A stretch of DNA of 64,000 nt. Source: a bacterium (lineage in GTDB: Bacteria; SAR324; NAC60-12). Position numbers and translations under genes: made by a program. The notes beneath the pieces are model-generated. The model was given only the letters and a program-made list of their open reading frames with translations, made no database searches and was not told where the DNA came from. Of this stretch, positions 19,311-29,369 are shown piece by piece. The stretch's first letter is position 1, and each line of letters begins with the position of its first letter. The DNA lies in NCBI GenBank assembly GCA_965209155.1, contig OZ242383.1, forward strand, positions 1,408,001-1,472,000, written 5' to 3'.

Positions 19311-20402
19311 TTAGCGATAATAGAGAGAATCGCCCTCGTGGAAGAGGTGAATCTTGGGGGGCTCGGCGGTCAGTTTGACCGTGTTGCCGCGCAAACCTGT
19401 GTGAATGCCCGGCAGCTTTGCGAGCATGGCATCTTTGTCCTGCACCCGGTCAAAGTGGAGCAGGGTCACCTCGCCCAATTCCTCGGTGATGCTCACCTTG
19501 CCTTCGAAAATACAATCGCCGTCGGTTTCTACCAAATCCTCCGGCCGAACCCCAACGTTGACCTTCAGGCCTTCCTCCGAGCTTCGCGTCGGGGCAGCCG
19601 AGACGGCAACCCCACCGGTCTCGAGCTTGATGCTGGTCTGCTCTCCCGTGCCGACAACTTCGCCGGGAAGCAGGTTCATGGCGGGTGAGCCGATGAACTG
19701 GGCGACAAACTCGTTATGGGGCCGGGTATACAGTTCCAACGGTCTGCCGACCTGAGCAATGCGCCCACCGGGGGTGAGCAACACGATGCGACTCGCCAGG
19801 GTCATGGCCTCCACCTGGTCGTGGGTCACGTAGATCATGGTGCTCTCAGGCATCGACTCCTTGAGCTGGGCGATCTCAATCCGGGTGGCCACCCGCAAGG
19901 CGGCATCAAGATTGGAGAGCGGCTCGTCGAACAGGTAAACCTTGGGATCACGCACGATCGCCCGGCCGATGGCCACCCGCTGACGTTGGCCGCCGGAGAG
20001 CGCTTTGGGCAGTCGTTCGAGATAGGGCTCCATCTGGAGGATCCGTGCGGCCTGCGTGACGGTGGTATTGATCACCTGACGCGACTTCCTGGCAAGCTCG
20101 AGGGCAAAGTTCATGTTCTTGCGCACGTTCATGTGCGGATACAAGCCATAGGACTGGAACACCATCGCGATACCACGCTGGGCCGGTGGCACATCATTGA
20201 CGACCTGCCCCTCGATCTCCAGTGTGCCCGACGTGATGGTCTCGAGTCCGGCGATCATGCGTAAAAGGGTTGTCTTGCCACAGCCCGACGGCCCGAGTAA
20301 GACGATCAGTTCACCCTGCTCGATATCCAGATTGATATCCTCGAGGGCCTTGACGGCTCCTCCATAGATTTTTTCGACGTTGGTCAGCTTCATTTCGGAC
20401 AT
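19311..20402 (-). CDS. Sugar ABC ATPase, copy 2 (intact Walker A)
   Basis: GPSGCGKTT; near-identical to 8364-9455. Confidence 0.95.
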   Translation of the reverse strand: MSEMKLTNVEKIYGGAVKALEDINLDIEQGELIVLLGPSGCGKTTLLRMIAGLETITSGTLEIEGQVVNDVPPAQRGIAMVFQSYGLYPHMNVRKNMNFALELARKSRQVINTTVTQAARILQMEPYLERLPKALSGGQRQRVAIGRAIVRDPKVYLFDEPLSNLDAALRVATRIEIAQLKESMPESTMIYVTHDQVEAMTLASRIVLLTPGGRIAQVGRPLELYTRPHNEFVAQFIGSPAMNLLPGEVVGTGEQTSIKLETGGVAVSAAPTRSSEEGLKVNVGVRPEDLVETDGDCIFEGKVSITEELGEVTLLHFDRVQDKDAMLAKLPGIHTGLRGNTVKLTAEPPKIHLFHEGDSLYYR

Positions 20403-20459
20403 TGGTCCCTCCCTGTCTGTTCAGGTCCGGCGCGTCTTCCGGATCCGGTTCAAAGACGC

Positions 20460-20631
20460 TATTGCGGTTCACAATTGAATATACCATAATGTTCCTCTTT
20501 TTGTCATCCTGAGGCCATGGCGGCCCCTTGAGAAGGATCTCATTGAAATCATAGAGATTCTTCTCCTGCGGACGCTTCGGCGGACCGTCAGAATGACATA
20601 TTGGTGTCGCACCCAACTGAGAAACACTATA
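20460..20631. mobile_element. MITE-like element with TA ends and nested palindromic core
   Basis: Absent from the paralogous site at about 9524; IR tattgcggttcacaattg / caactgagaaacactata; core tgtcatcctgag...tcagaatgaca. Confidence 0.85.
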
Positions 20632-20667
20632 CGTGTCGCGACGCCCTGCCCTCAATTCTTCAATCGG

Positions 20668-21828
20668 TCACCCTTTGATTGATCCGGCCAACAAGCCGCG
20701 CGCGAAATGTCGTTGCATGGCGAAGAAGACCGCCAACGGCACCGCCATGGAAATGAAGGTCCCCGTCGCCATGAGATCCCAGTTGCCGCCAAAGGTCCCC
20801 ATCATTCTGATAATGGCCTGTGTCATGACCATGGTGTCACCGGAGGCGTCGATCAGAAACACCTTGGCAGCCAGGAGATCGTTAAACGTCCATAGAAACT
20901 GGACGATCGCCCACGCGGCGAGCGCCGGAATGCTGAGCGGCAGAATGATCCTGATAAATATTTGGAAATCAGTCGCACCGTCGAGCTTGGCGTTTTCGAT
21001 AATTTCGCGCGGTATGCCGGCCATGTAGTTGCGCAAAAGAAAGATGCCGAAGGGCAGGGTGAACGCGGTATGGAAGAGCCAAACGCCCAGATAGCTCTTA
21101 CCGATACCGATGTCCACATGTAGCTTTAGAATGGGGATCAAGGCAACCTGGGAAGGAGTGACAAGGCCCATGGCCATCCCCGCAATCAACCATGCCCGGC
21201 CGCGGAAATTCATCCAGGCGAGCGCGTAGGCGGCAAATGCGGCAATCACGATTGGGATAATCGTCGCTGGAATGGCCACGGTCAACGTGTTGAGAAAGGC
21301 CTGCGATATCCCTCGTTCGTGCTTCTCGTCGAACAGCATCCAGTGGTAATTTGCGAGCGTAAATTTGGGTGGCGCTCTTACCGTGGCGAATACGCGTTGT
21401 CCGCGGCCGCTCAACTGATCGTCGTTGCCGCGCCAGACGTAATCGCCATTGGCCTGAACCGTGATGCTTTCCCCATCTCCCAGGTCGGCCACCTCACCGG
21501 GAACATAGGCATCAATCGCTCGCGACGAGGTGCCCCAGACGGAAATCTTCTTCGAGGACCCCTCGCCGAACAGGTTGCCCGAGACCGTAAAGACGCCGCC
21601 TTCAGCCACGCGAAAGTCGTCCGGATCGGCGGCCCGGAGAACTTCGTTCTGCTCGTTTGGAAAGAGCGCTGCCCACCATCCTGAACCACTGATCTGGTCT
21701 GCGGTTCGGAATGAAGAGACGAACAGACCCAGCGTCGGAGCCAGCCACACCGCGACCAGCAAAGCGACTAAGATGTGCACGACCCATGTGCGCGTGGATT
21801 TGGTTTCTACTATTCCGTCCATGTTCAA
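20668..21828 (-). CDS. Sugar ABC permease (AglG-like), copy 2
   Basis: Paralog of 9552-10715. Confidence 0.92.
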   Translation of the reverse strand: MNMDGIVETKSTRTWVVHILVALLVAVWLAPTLGLFVSSFRTADQISGSGWWAALFPNEQNEVLRAADPDDFRVAEGGVFTVSGNLFGEGSSKKISVWGTSSRAIDAYVPGEVADLGDGESITVQANGDYVWRGNDDQLSGRGQRVFATVRAPPKFTLANYHWMLFDEKHERGISQAFLNTLTVAIPATIIPIVIAAFAAYALAWMNFRGRAWLIAGMAMGLVTPSQVALIPILKLHVDIGIGKSYLGVWLFHTAFTLPFGIFLLRNYMAGIPREIIENAKLDGATDFQIFIRIILPLSIPALAAWAIVQFLWTFNDLLAAKVFLIDASGDTMVMTQAIIRMMGTFGGNWDLMATGTFISMAVPLAVFFAMQRHFARGLLAGSIKG

Positions 21829-21841
21829 TCCTCCCTATTCC

Positions 21842-23053
21842 TTAGCGGGCTTTGTACACATTCCAGATCATGACCGGCCCCACTAGCAGTATGGTGATGA
21901 TCGCAGCCGACGACCCGACGCCCCAGTCGAGGTCGTGGAATATCTCGCGGAACACGTAAGTTGAAATGACCTCCGTACCCCAATTACCGCTGGTCGCAGC
22001 ATAGACAATGTCGAACACCCTGATCACGGTCACCGTGACCATGGTCCACGCCACGACGATTGTGCCGACGATTTGCGGGACCTTGATGCGGAAAAATAAC
22101 TGGAACGGCGTTGCGCCGTCGATGATGGCTGCCTCAATCGTTTCCTGTGGAATGCCACGCAGCGCCGCCGAGAGGAGCACCATGGTTAAGCCGGTTTGAG
22201 TCCAGATCATCACGGCCATCAGGAAGAAATTGTTCCAGATCGGTATCGTCAACCAGGTCAGGGGTTTGCCGTAAGGCAGAGTGATCGTGAACACATCGAT
22301 CACGTTCAGAAGCGCCAGGACGGCGATATAGGCCATTACCGCGCTGGGAACTACTAGCAGAGCCGCAGTGAGGATTCCGCCCTTTCGTTCCTCCGGAATG
22401 AAGAAGGGGCGCAGGAACAGGTAACAGGCATACGCCGCCAACGCAGCGAAACCCAACAGGATGATGGCCGGGAATATCCGCAGAAAAAGAAACGAGCCGA
22501 TCCCGCCTTCGAACTGCATCCAGACCGCGTTCAGAACCCCGACCTCTGGGCGGGTGTCATAGACCAACTTGAAGACCACCGAGGCGCCGACAAACGAGAT
22601 CGCCATGGGCATGAAGATGATCGTCCTGGCGATGTTGCCCCAGGCAATGCGGTCCGTCAGTTGGGCGATCAGGAGGCCAAACGCCGTCGAGGCAGCGGGT
22701 ACGACACTCAGCCACAATACGTCGTTGCGCATCGCTTCCACGAACTTCTCTTCTTTGAACATCTGCTGATAATTCGCAAGACCGACAAACGCACCTCCCA
22801 AATCGCGGTCGGTGAGCGACAAGCGCAGGGTTTCGAAAACCGGGTAGGCTATGTAGACCCCCATAATGAAAATGGCTGGGAAGCCGAACAACCACGGCCG
22901 GATCAGGTTGGCGCGATTGATGTTATCTCCGGCGTTCTCGCCGCGCGGCGGGAACAGGACTTTGTCGAGCAACAGGTTGGCGAGGTAGAAGTAACCGAGG
23001 CAACCGCCTATACCGATGATGATGATGATGAGACCCTGGATTGCTGCGTTCAT
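21842..23053 (-). CDS. Sugar ABC permease (AglF-like), copy 2
   Basis: Paralog of 10729-11946. Confidence 0.92.
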   Translation of the reverse strand: MNAAIQGLIIIIIGIGGCLGYFYLANLLLDKVLFPPRGENAGDNINRANLIRPWLFGFPAIFIMGVYIAYPVFETLRLSLTDRDLGGAFVGLANYQQMFKEEKFVEAMRNDVLWLSVVPAASTAFGLLIAQLTDRIAWGNIARTIIFMPMAISFVGASVVFKLVYDTRPEVGVLNAVWMQFEGGIGSFLFLRIFPAIILLGFAALAAYACYLFLRPFFIPEERKGGILTAALLVVPSAVMAYIAVLALLNVIDVFTITLPYGKPLTWLTIPIWNNFFLMAVMIWTQTGLTMVLLSAALRGIPQETIEAAIIDGATPFQLFFRIKVPQIVGTIVVAWTMVTVTVIRVFDIVYAATSGNWGTEVISTYVFREIFHDLDWGVGSSAAIITILLVGPVMIWNVYKAR

Positions 23054-23105
23054 GTCCGCGCTCCTCCTTGAATGTTGTCGATGTGTGTCATACTAAACTC
23101 ACTCA

Positions 23106-23861
23106 TCATTTCCCTGCGGTTAATCCGCCGTCAATGACCAAGTCACTGCCGGTGACAAAAGAGGACTCGTCCGAAGCCAGGTAAAGGGCGCCGTAGGCCA
23201 CGTCTTCCGGCTGGCCCGTGCGGCCCAGGGGAATCCTGTTGAGCAGATCCTGTTGATATCTCTCCTCCTCCAGCAAGTAGGCGTTCATCATTGTTTTGAT
23301 GCTGGCCGGAATTATGGAGTTGACGCGGATCCCTTCCCTGGCGTATTGAACAGCGGTGGACTTGGTCAATAGCCGTATCGCAGCCTTGGACATGGTGTAG
23401 GTGCACGACGACTCCATGGAGCCTATCAGCGCAGCCACCGAAGCGATGTTGATCATGGAGCCACCCCCCACTTTCCGCATCTCGGGTATGGCGTGTTTTG
23501 TCCCCAGAAACGCACCCTTGGCATTTACATCCAAATCCTGGTCCCACTGCTCGCTGGTGATCTCCCCCACCAGACCGGTTCGGTAAGTTCCGGCGTTGTT
23601 CACCAGAACGTCCAGTTTCCCGAAGCGGGCGACGGTGGACGCCACGGCTTGCTGCCAATCAGCCTCGCTGGTGACATCCAACCGGACGAAGAGGCATGCG
23701 CCACCGGTTTCATTAATTTCGGTCTCGGTCTGACGCCCTTCTTCTTCCAGCACGTCTCCAATGACCACTTTGGCCCCTTCCCTGGCAAACAGCGTGGCCA
23801 TCGCCGCGCCCAAGCCCCTGGCTCCCCCGCTGATAAAAGCGACCTTGTCTTCCAGCCTCAT
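23106..23861 (-). CDS. Short-chain dehydrogenase/reductase
   Basis: SGGARGLG, NNAG, YTMSK. Confidence 0.92.
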   Translation of the reverse strand: MRLEDKVAFISGGARGLGAAMATLFAREGAKVVIGDVLEEEGRQTETEINETGGACLFVRLDVTSEADWQQAVASTVARFGKLDVLVNNAGTYRTGLVGEITSEQWDQDLDVNAKGAFLGTKHAIPEMRKVGGGSMINIASVAALIGSMESSCTYTMSKAAIRLLTKSTAVQYAREGIRVNSIIPASIKTMMNAYLLEEERYQQDLLNRIPLGRTGQPEDVAYGALYLASDESSFVTGSDLVIDGGLTAGK

Positions 23862-24604
23862 GTTTTCCCTCCATCGTTGATGATGGTTGTTTCTCTCCCC
23901 GCTAACCACTGGATGCCCCGTCCCACTACCGCACGAAAACCGGGGTTTGAGTAAGCCTGGTTATCGTGCCCGTTCTGATAGCAGAAGACCCTTGCCTTAC
24001 CGAAGGTCCGCGTCCACGCGATCGTCTTCATACTCTGGGGATGATCGGTGGTGAGCAGGATGTGGCTATCCTCGTCCGCGTCATCTATGATATAGGTCTC
24101 GTCGACGATGTCCCATGGCTCCAGTGTAGCAGTGAGGGGATGCTCGGAGTCCGCGACGTCGATGCGCACGGTCTGGTTGAAGGCGACTGGCACATTGCCT
24201 CGCTGACGCATACCGCTAAGCTCTCTCCAGAGCGGCCAGCCGGAGAAAGCTACCAGCGCGTGATGCAGCAGAAATATCCCCTGGTCCCCATCACCAAGAC
24301 CCTCCAGCGTCTCCTTCATAGCGGCCTCGAATTTTCCATCTTCTTCAGCGGGCGTACGTTGGTGCACGTTGTAGAACAATAGTACCTCGTAGTTCACTGG
24401 ATCGCGCGCTGGGTCTTGAAGCATTTCGGGATGGTTTTTCAGGTTGTAGTTCCCTGGATCGCGCGCCGGGTCGGTAATGAAGTCCCACATGTTCTGAGGG
24501 TAGGCCTCGATTTCGGGAATGGAGCGAAGCATGGACTGGAAGCCCACCACGTCGTACGGGTGCTCCCCGGTAATCACTGCTGTTTTTATCTTTCCATTCG
24601 TCAT
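23858..24604 (-). CDS. ThuA-like domain protein
   Basis: TGEHPYD, DETY, IAWTRTFGKARVFCYQNGHD. Confidence 0.85.
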   Translation of the reverse strand: MTNGKIKTAVITGEHPYDVVGFQSMLRSIPEIEAYPQNMWDFITDPARDPGNYNLKNHPEMLQDPARDPVNYEVLLFYNVHQRTPAEEDGKFEAAMKETLEGLGDGDQGIFLLHHALVAFSGWPLWRELSGMRQRGNVPVAFNQTVRIDVADSEHPLTATLEPWDIVDETYIIDDADEDSHILLTTDHPQSMKTIAWTRTFGKARVFCYQNGHDNQAYSNPGFRAVVGRGIQWLAGRETTIINDGGKT

Positions 24605-24715
24605 TTTTCTGTCTCTTGTATTAGAATAATTAATGTTTACAATGATATGTCATCCCGGACTTGAGACGGGGGGCTACTCACCTAAAGTGGAACAAAATGT
24701 TAAAATCATGAACTC

Positions 24716-24851
24716 TAGCATTTTCGGTTTGAATGAAGTACTGCCAAACGGTAGGGCCGGGTTACGTCCCGGCCTGAGAAGCCCACGAGCCGCTTTGGCC
24801 GGGGCGTCACCCGGCCCTACCATCGGTCATACTTTCCATTTGGAAACACTA
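24716..24851. mobile_element. MITE-like shell enclosing a GTAG-type REP doublet
   Basis: Ends tagcattttc...gaaacacta as in the 20460 element; core gtagggccgg...ccggccctac at 24751-24820. Confidence 0.65.
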
Positions 24852-25076
24852 TCGCAAAAAGGTTATTCTCTAGAATGCCTAACTCTATGAAATCATTGGC
24901 TGTCCCATCTTAGGCGAGTAGCCCTTTTCATTAAGTTTTCACGAATTGCGATAAGAGATTCCACGAAGCTCAGATCCCTCAACTCCCAATACGCCCCTGC
25001 CGATCAAATGTTCTTGTCTGTTCTTGTGGGTTCTTGGCAAAAAATAAAACCCCGAACACCTATGGTTGACAATCTA

Positions 25077-26102
25077 CTAGTTAGGCAGCAAGGCCACGGA
25101 ACGGACCTCGCCAAACTCCCTTTGCAGCTTTTGCCAGGAATCACCCCCATCTTCGCTCACGTACATATAGCCGAAGATGCTGGCCGCGACGATTACATTG
25201 GGCCGCTCCTTGTGAGTGCTTATCCCATAGATATGGGAGTTGGGCTTTACCGGCAGAGGCACCGGTTCCCAGCTTTTGCCACCATCCTGGGTGCGCTGTA
25301 CGGCACCAGCTACACCGGGAATAACGTCGCCGTTGCCGACGAACATAACATCGGGGTTATCCGCTTTGATGACCATACCGCGGCAGTAGGACACGTGGTC
25401 CGCTTCATGGAACTTGGGGAAATAGTGATAATCCCAGCTTTCGCCTTCGTCGTGGCTGGTGGCGATCCCAAAGGGCGAGGTACAGTAGACTGCGGAACGG
25501 GCACCAGTCCTCAGAGCCATACTGTGAATGTCTCCCTGGAAGGGGTCAGGACCCAGGACGGGCAGGTGGTCCCAGTTGTCGCCGCCATCCAGGCTCTTGT
25601 AAACCCCGTCAACCTCCATGCCAGCCCAAATGGTGTGGTTGTCCCTGGGATCTACGATCATGCAGGTGGTCCGCGGTGGCGAGGGAGGAAGTGGTTCAGA
25701 GATGGGGCAATTCATGTTTACGCCCATCTGAAGCTTGCTCCAAGTCCGCCCCCCATCCCTGGAGCGGAATCCCTCGGGTCGCGTGCCCACGAATAGGGTG
25801 TCCGGGTCCGTGGGATCTACAGTCACCGACCAGATTTCAAGATCCGCTGTGGGGGCATCCAGGTTTTCCCAGGTCACCCCGCCGTCTTCGCTGCGGAAAA
25901 CGCCCACTTGGGATGAGGGTACTGATTGACAATCAGCACCAGCCAATACCCGCCGGGGGTTGTCCGGATACACGCACAATGCCCTGACGTTGGACTCATG
26001 CCAGATAGGCTGATTGATTTTAGTCCAGGATTCACCCCCGTCGGCACTCACGTTCAGCCCTTGGCCGGCGGTGCCGATGAGGATTGTGTAATCTTTTGAC
26101 AT
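25077..26102 (-). CDS. BNR/Asp-box beta-propeller protein
   Basis: Repeated SxDGGxTW boxes. Confidence 0.88.
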   Translation of the reverse strand: MSKDYTILIGTAGQGLNVSADGGESWTKINQPIWHESNVRALCVYPDNPRRVLAGADCQSVPSSQVGVFRSEDGGVTWENLDAPTADLEIWSVTVDPTDPDTLFVGTRPEGFRSRDGGRTWSKLQMGVNMNCPISEPLPPSPPRTTCMIVDPRDNHTIWAGMEVDGVYKSLDGGDNWDHLPVLGPDPFQGDIHSMALRTGARSAVYCTSPFGIATSHDEGESWDYHYFPKFHEADHVSYCRGMVIKADNPDVMFVGNGDVIPGVAGAVQRTQDGGKSWEPVPLPVKPNSHIYGISTHKERPNVIVAASIFGYMYVSEDGGDSWQKLQREFGEVRSVALLPN

Positions 26103-26199
26103 GTCGCGTCTCCTTATTGGCTAAAAACCTGCTAATGGGTGTATTCAACAGATGGAGAGCAATGGCCTTCCCCCATAAAACGGGCATTCTGCTGCGGTA

Positions 26200-26226
26200 G
26201 GATGGGCAAGCTTGGCTTGCCCATCA
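26200..26226. repeat. REP-like hairpin after the binding-protein gene
   Basis: gatgggcaag-cttgg-cttgcccatc. Confidence 0.6.
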
Positions 26227-26237
26227 CTGCTGGGATA

Positions 26238-27617
26238 CTATTTGATAGCGTCCCAGGACTTCTGGATGTCGCGTGCAACGGCAGCGGCATCCTTGCCACC
26301 GACATAGTCCACCATACCCCTCCAGAAGGTCCCGCCGCCAACGGCACCGGGCATCAGGTCGGATGCGTCGAACCGGTATGTGGTCGCGTTCAAGAGAATA
26401 TCATTTAACCCTGCAAACGCCGGGTCACTGAAAACCGCTTTGTTGACGCGCAAGTGCGGCGTCAGGGTGCCGCCCTGAGCCATAAGTAGCTCGTTCGCAA
26501 TCGGCGTCTGTAGCCATTTGATAAACCCATGGGCTGCTGGGCTGTTCTTGCTGATGGTCCAAAAGTTACCTCCACCCATCACTGGCTTGCCAAGCTCTGG
26601 CTTGCTCGCCCGGGCCGGGAAGTAGAAGAAGTTCCAGTCGCCATACTTTACACCTTTTGGGAAAAAATTCGTAATGTACGTTCCCGCAAGGTGCATGTAG
26701 CACTTCGGCGGGCTGTCGAAGAGACCCTTCGGGCTGTCGCGCCAATCCTGGCTGGCCACATTACCCACACCGCCGGATACATATTTTTCGTTGCGGGCAA
26801 ATTCGCCCCATTCCTCGAGTGCGGCAACGATTCGGGGGTCATCAAACGGAACTTCGTTGCTGACCCACTGGTCGTACAATTCCGGAGGATGCGAGCGCAG
26901 CAATAAGTCCTCCATCCAGTCACTTCCCGGAAAACCCGTCGCACCCTCAGAAAACAGACCAATGCACCATGGGGTCCCACCGTCGGCAACGATCCGAGCG
27001 GTCAGGGCCTTCAGTTCTTCCATGGTCTGCGGGATTTCGTAGCCTGCGTCCTCGAAGTTCTCGGGGACGTACCAGACCACCGACTTAATGTACATTTGGA
27101 TTGGGACGCCGTAGTAAGCCTTTTTCCCGTCCGGGCCGGCATAGGTGCCGAGGTCAACCCAGGACTGGCCAGCGGCGAAGTTGTCGCGAGTATAGCCGGC
27201 AATATCGGGATCCAATTTGGTCAGGAAACCGCGCTTGGCCATGTCCGTGGCAAAACCTGGCAGCGGGAAGGCGGTGATATTCGCTGATGCACCTGCTTCG
27301 GCGTCAACCATCACTTCTTGCGAGAAGTTCTGCGAGCCGGTGTAGCGGACGTCGGCACCGGTCGCTTCTTCGAAATAGGCAAACATCGCATTCATCTTGT
27401 CCTCGTCGGGACCTTGAAATGCTCCGAAGACCGTGAGTTGCTGGCCAGAATAGTCGTGCTCCTTCGCGAAGGCGTGGTAGCTGTCCCAGCTGAACTCGCC
27501 TTCGCCAATCGGGAATTTGAGGTGGCCATCCGCATGCGCGACACCCGTCAGGGCGAAAATAGCGACCATCAAAGTCCCTATAAACCCGAACCTATTTTTC
27601 ATTTTTATTTTTTTCAT
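26238..27617 (-). CDS. Sugar ABC substrate-binding protein (AglE-like), copy 2
   Basis: Paralog of copy 1; in-frame upstream starts up to 27701. Confidence 0.9.
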   Translation of the reverse strand: MKKIKMKNRFGFIGTLMVAIFALTGVAHADGHLKFPIGEGEFSWDSYHAFAKEHDYSGQQLTVFGAFQGPDEDKMNAMFAYFEEATGADVRYTGSQNFSQEVMVDAEAGASANITAFPLPGFATDMAKRGFLTKLDPDIAGYTRDNFAAGQSWVDLGTYAGPDGKKAYYGVPIQMYIKSVVWYVPENFEDAGYEIPQTMEELKALTARIVADGGTPWCIGLFSEGATGFPGSDWMEDLLLRSHPPELYDQWVSNEVPFDDPRIVAALEEWGEFARNEKYVSGGVGNVASQDWRDSPKGLFDSPPKCYMHLAGTYITNFFPKGVKYGDWNFFYFPARASKPELGKPVMGGGNFWTISKNSPAAHGFIKWLQTPIANELLMAQGGTLTPHLRVNKAVFSDPAFAGLNDILLNATTYRFDASDLMPGAVGGGTFWRGMVDYVGGKDAAAVARDIQKSWDAIK

Positions 27618-27720
27618 AATAATTTCTCCAAATACGATTGATTTTATAATTATCTCCCAATTTATCTTTTTCATAATTTCTCCAAATACGATTGATTTCA
27701 TAATTATCTCCCAAATCTAG

Positions 27721-27914
27721 TACTGCCCGGTGAAAATAAGTTTACAGTTAATCACATTCGACAATCTATTCAGTTGTCATTCCTGGCTTGACCAGGAATC
27801 CAGGGGTCTTTCTATGAATCCTGGATGCCGGATCATCCTGGTCCCGGATCATCCCGGACTTGATCCGGGACCGGCATGACACTGTGGCTGTAAACGCACT
27901 TTTGCCCTACGGCA
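27721..27914. mobile_element. MITE-like element with CTAG duplication and nested palindromic core
   Basis: ctag at 27717-27720 and 27915-27918; empty site at 13504; core 27775-27881. Confidence 0.88.
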
Positions 27915-28110
27915 CTAGTATTTTGAGATTGAAGGAATATACATTCTTTTTCTGCTAACATGATTTCCCCATAGGCTTCTCCTGATAAGACCGATTAGAC
28001 TTTGAACTACGCCATTAGCATGATCCAGAAAATCAGGGGACACGTAACAAGTACATGTCCCCGGTTTTTCTTCAGGGATACAGCATCCCATAAACTTTTG
28101 CTGTTTATCT

Positions 28111-28126
28111 TCAAGCAGTGTGCCAA
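28111..28126 (-). promoter_or_regulatory. Sigma54 -24/-12 promoter
   Basis: TTGGCAC-ACTGC-TTGA on the minus strand; A rather than C at -12. Confidence 0.65.
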
Positions 28127-28203
28127 ATTTGAGGATATTCAGTTAACTTACTGTAATTATTATCTATTTTTAAAAATGGGAGGGTTGGGTATGCGCAGCA
28201 GGA

Positions 28204-28311
28204 GTCTAAACATTTTGACTTAACTAGATCGGAAATAATGGTTAACTCATTGATATTAGATATTAAATAACAAAAATCTAAACCTTTATACTTAAGTCTA
28301 AAGTTTTTGAC
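28204..28311. promoter_or_regulatory. Three 16-bp near-palindromic enhancer-like sites plus an IHF site
   Basis: gtctaaacattttgac (28204), atctaaacctttatac (28276), gtctaaagtttttgac (28296); TATCAATGAGTTA at 28243-28255 on the minus strand. Confidence 0.7.
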
Positions 28312-28691
28312 ACTTTTTAACTTTATTATTTACTGATGTTTCTTAATATAGATTTTGCAAGCAGATCAAATTTCCCCCCTTGTGAAGATTCAGGGACAAA
28401 GGCCAACACGGTCCGCCGCTGCGGTGGAACGGACAAATGCGGAAGGACGCATCGGCGGTCGTGACGCTCCGGCGTACCGGCGACTGCGACCACCCCCGGA
28501 CAAAGGGATCGAGAGATTTTGCTTCGTCTAAATGACTGAAGGAATGGACAAAGTGATCGTTACTAATCAAATAATTTGGTGGAGAACCTACTGAAATATC
28601 AATTTTTTTAAATCCTTGTGATCGGATTCAAAGCGGGGTATATTTAGAGAAAACTTTATTGAAGATCATCCAATTTGTATAAGGAAAAGAT

Positions 28692-28934
28692 ATGGAAGCG
28701 ATGCGTGTGTATCATCAACTCAATGAAGACGGGGAAGTCCATCTGAAAGGATTGCCCTACAAAAAAGGAGAGGAAGTCGAACTCATTCTCATTCCTGCCC
28801 CTAAAAAGAAAGCGACTTTGACTGCTCATAAGCTTTTGGAATCAGATATCATTGGATTATGGAGTGATCATGAGGAGATTGAAGACAGTGCAGTTTATGC
28901 CCGTCAACTCAGAGAACAGGCTCAAAGACGTTAG
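28692..28934 (+). CDS. Putative antitoxin (VapB-like)
   Basis: 80 aa directly upstream of a PIN gene; IGLWSD..DS..YARQLRE. Confidence 0.7.
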   Translation: MEAMRVYHQLNEDGEVHLKGLPYKKGEEVELILIPAPKKKATLTAHKLLESDIIGLWSDHEEIEDSAVYARQLREQAQRR

Positions 28935-28940
28935 AGATTT

Positions 28941-29321
28941 ATGGTTTTAGATACCGATATCATGATTGATATGCTCCGTAAATTTCCACCAGCAATGGCA
29001 TGGGGTCAAGAGCTTGAAGATGCTGAAGTAGTCCTACCTGGCTATGTGATGATGGAGTTAATTCAAGGTTGTCATAACAAACAAGAGCGTAATCGGCTTC
29101 AAAAATTTGTAGAAGATTATTCCATTGTCTGGCCTTCCCCGGGCTATTGTAATCAAGCTTTAGAAATATTTTCTGAATATCACCTTAGTCATAGCATTGG
29201 CCTGCTAGATGCTCTGATTGGACTGTCGGCTGTAGCCGTGAATCTCCCCTTATACACTTTCAACCAAAAACATTATTCAATGATTCCTAATCTCCATACT
29301 ATTCAACCCTACGAAAAGTAA
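28941..29321 (+). CDS. vapC: PIN-domain VapC toxin
   Basis: VLDTDIMID, MELIQG, LLDALI, YTFNQKHY. Confidence 0.9.
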   Translation: MVLDTDIMIDMLRKFPPAMAWGQELEDAEVVLPGYVMMELIQGCHNKQERNRLQKFVEDYSIVWPSPGYCNQALEIFSEYHLSHSIGLLDALIGLSAVAVNLPLYTFNQKHYSMIPNLHTIQPYEK

Positions 29322-29369
29322 ACTTCCTTTGTTTCTCTTGTTTGCAACTATTTACCGATTAGTCATTTT

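Noticed and set aside
28400..28440. Cobalamin riboswitch
   Set aside because: Only a cggtccgccgctg resemblance; the other conserved boxes are missing
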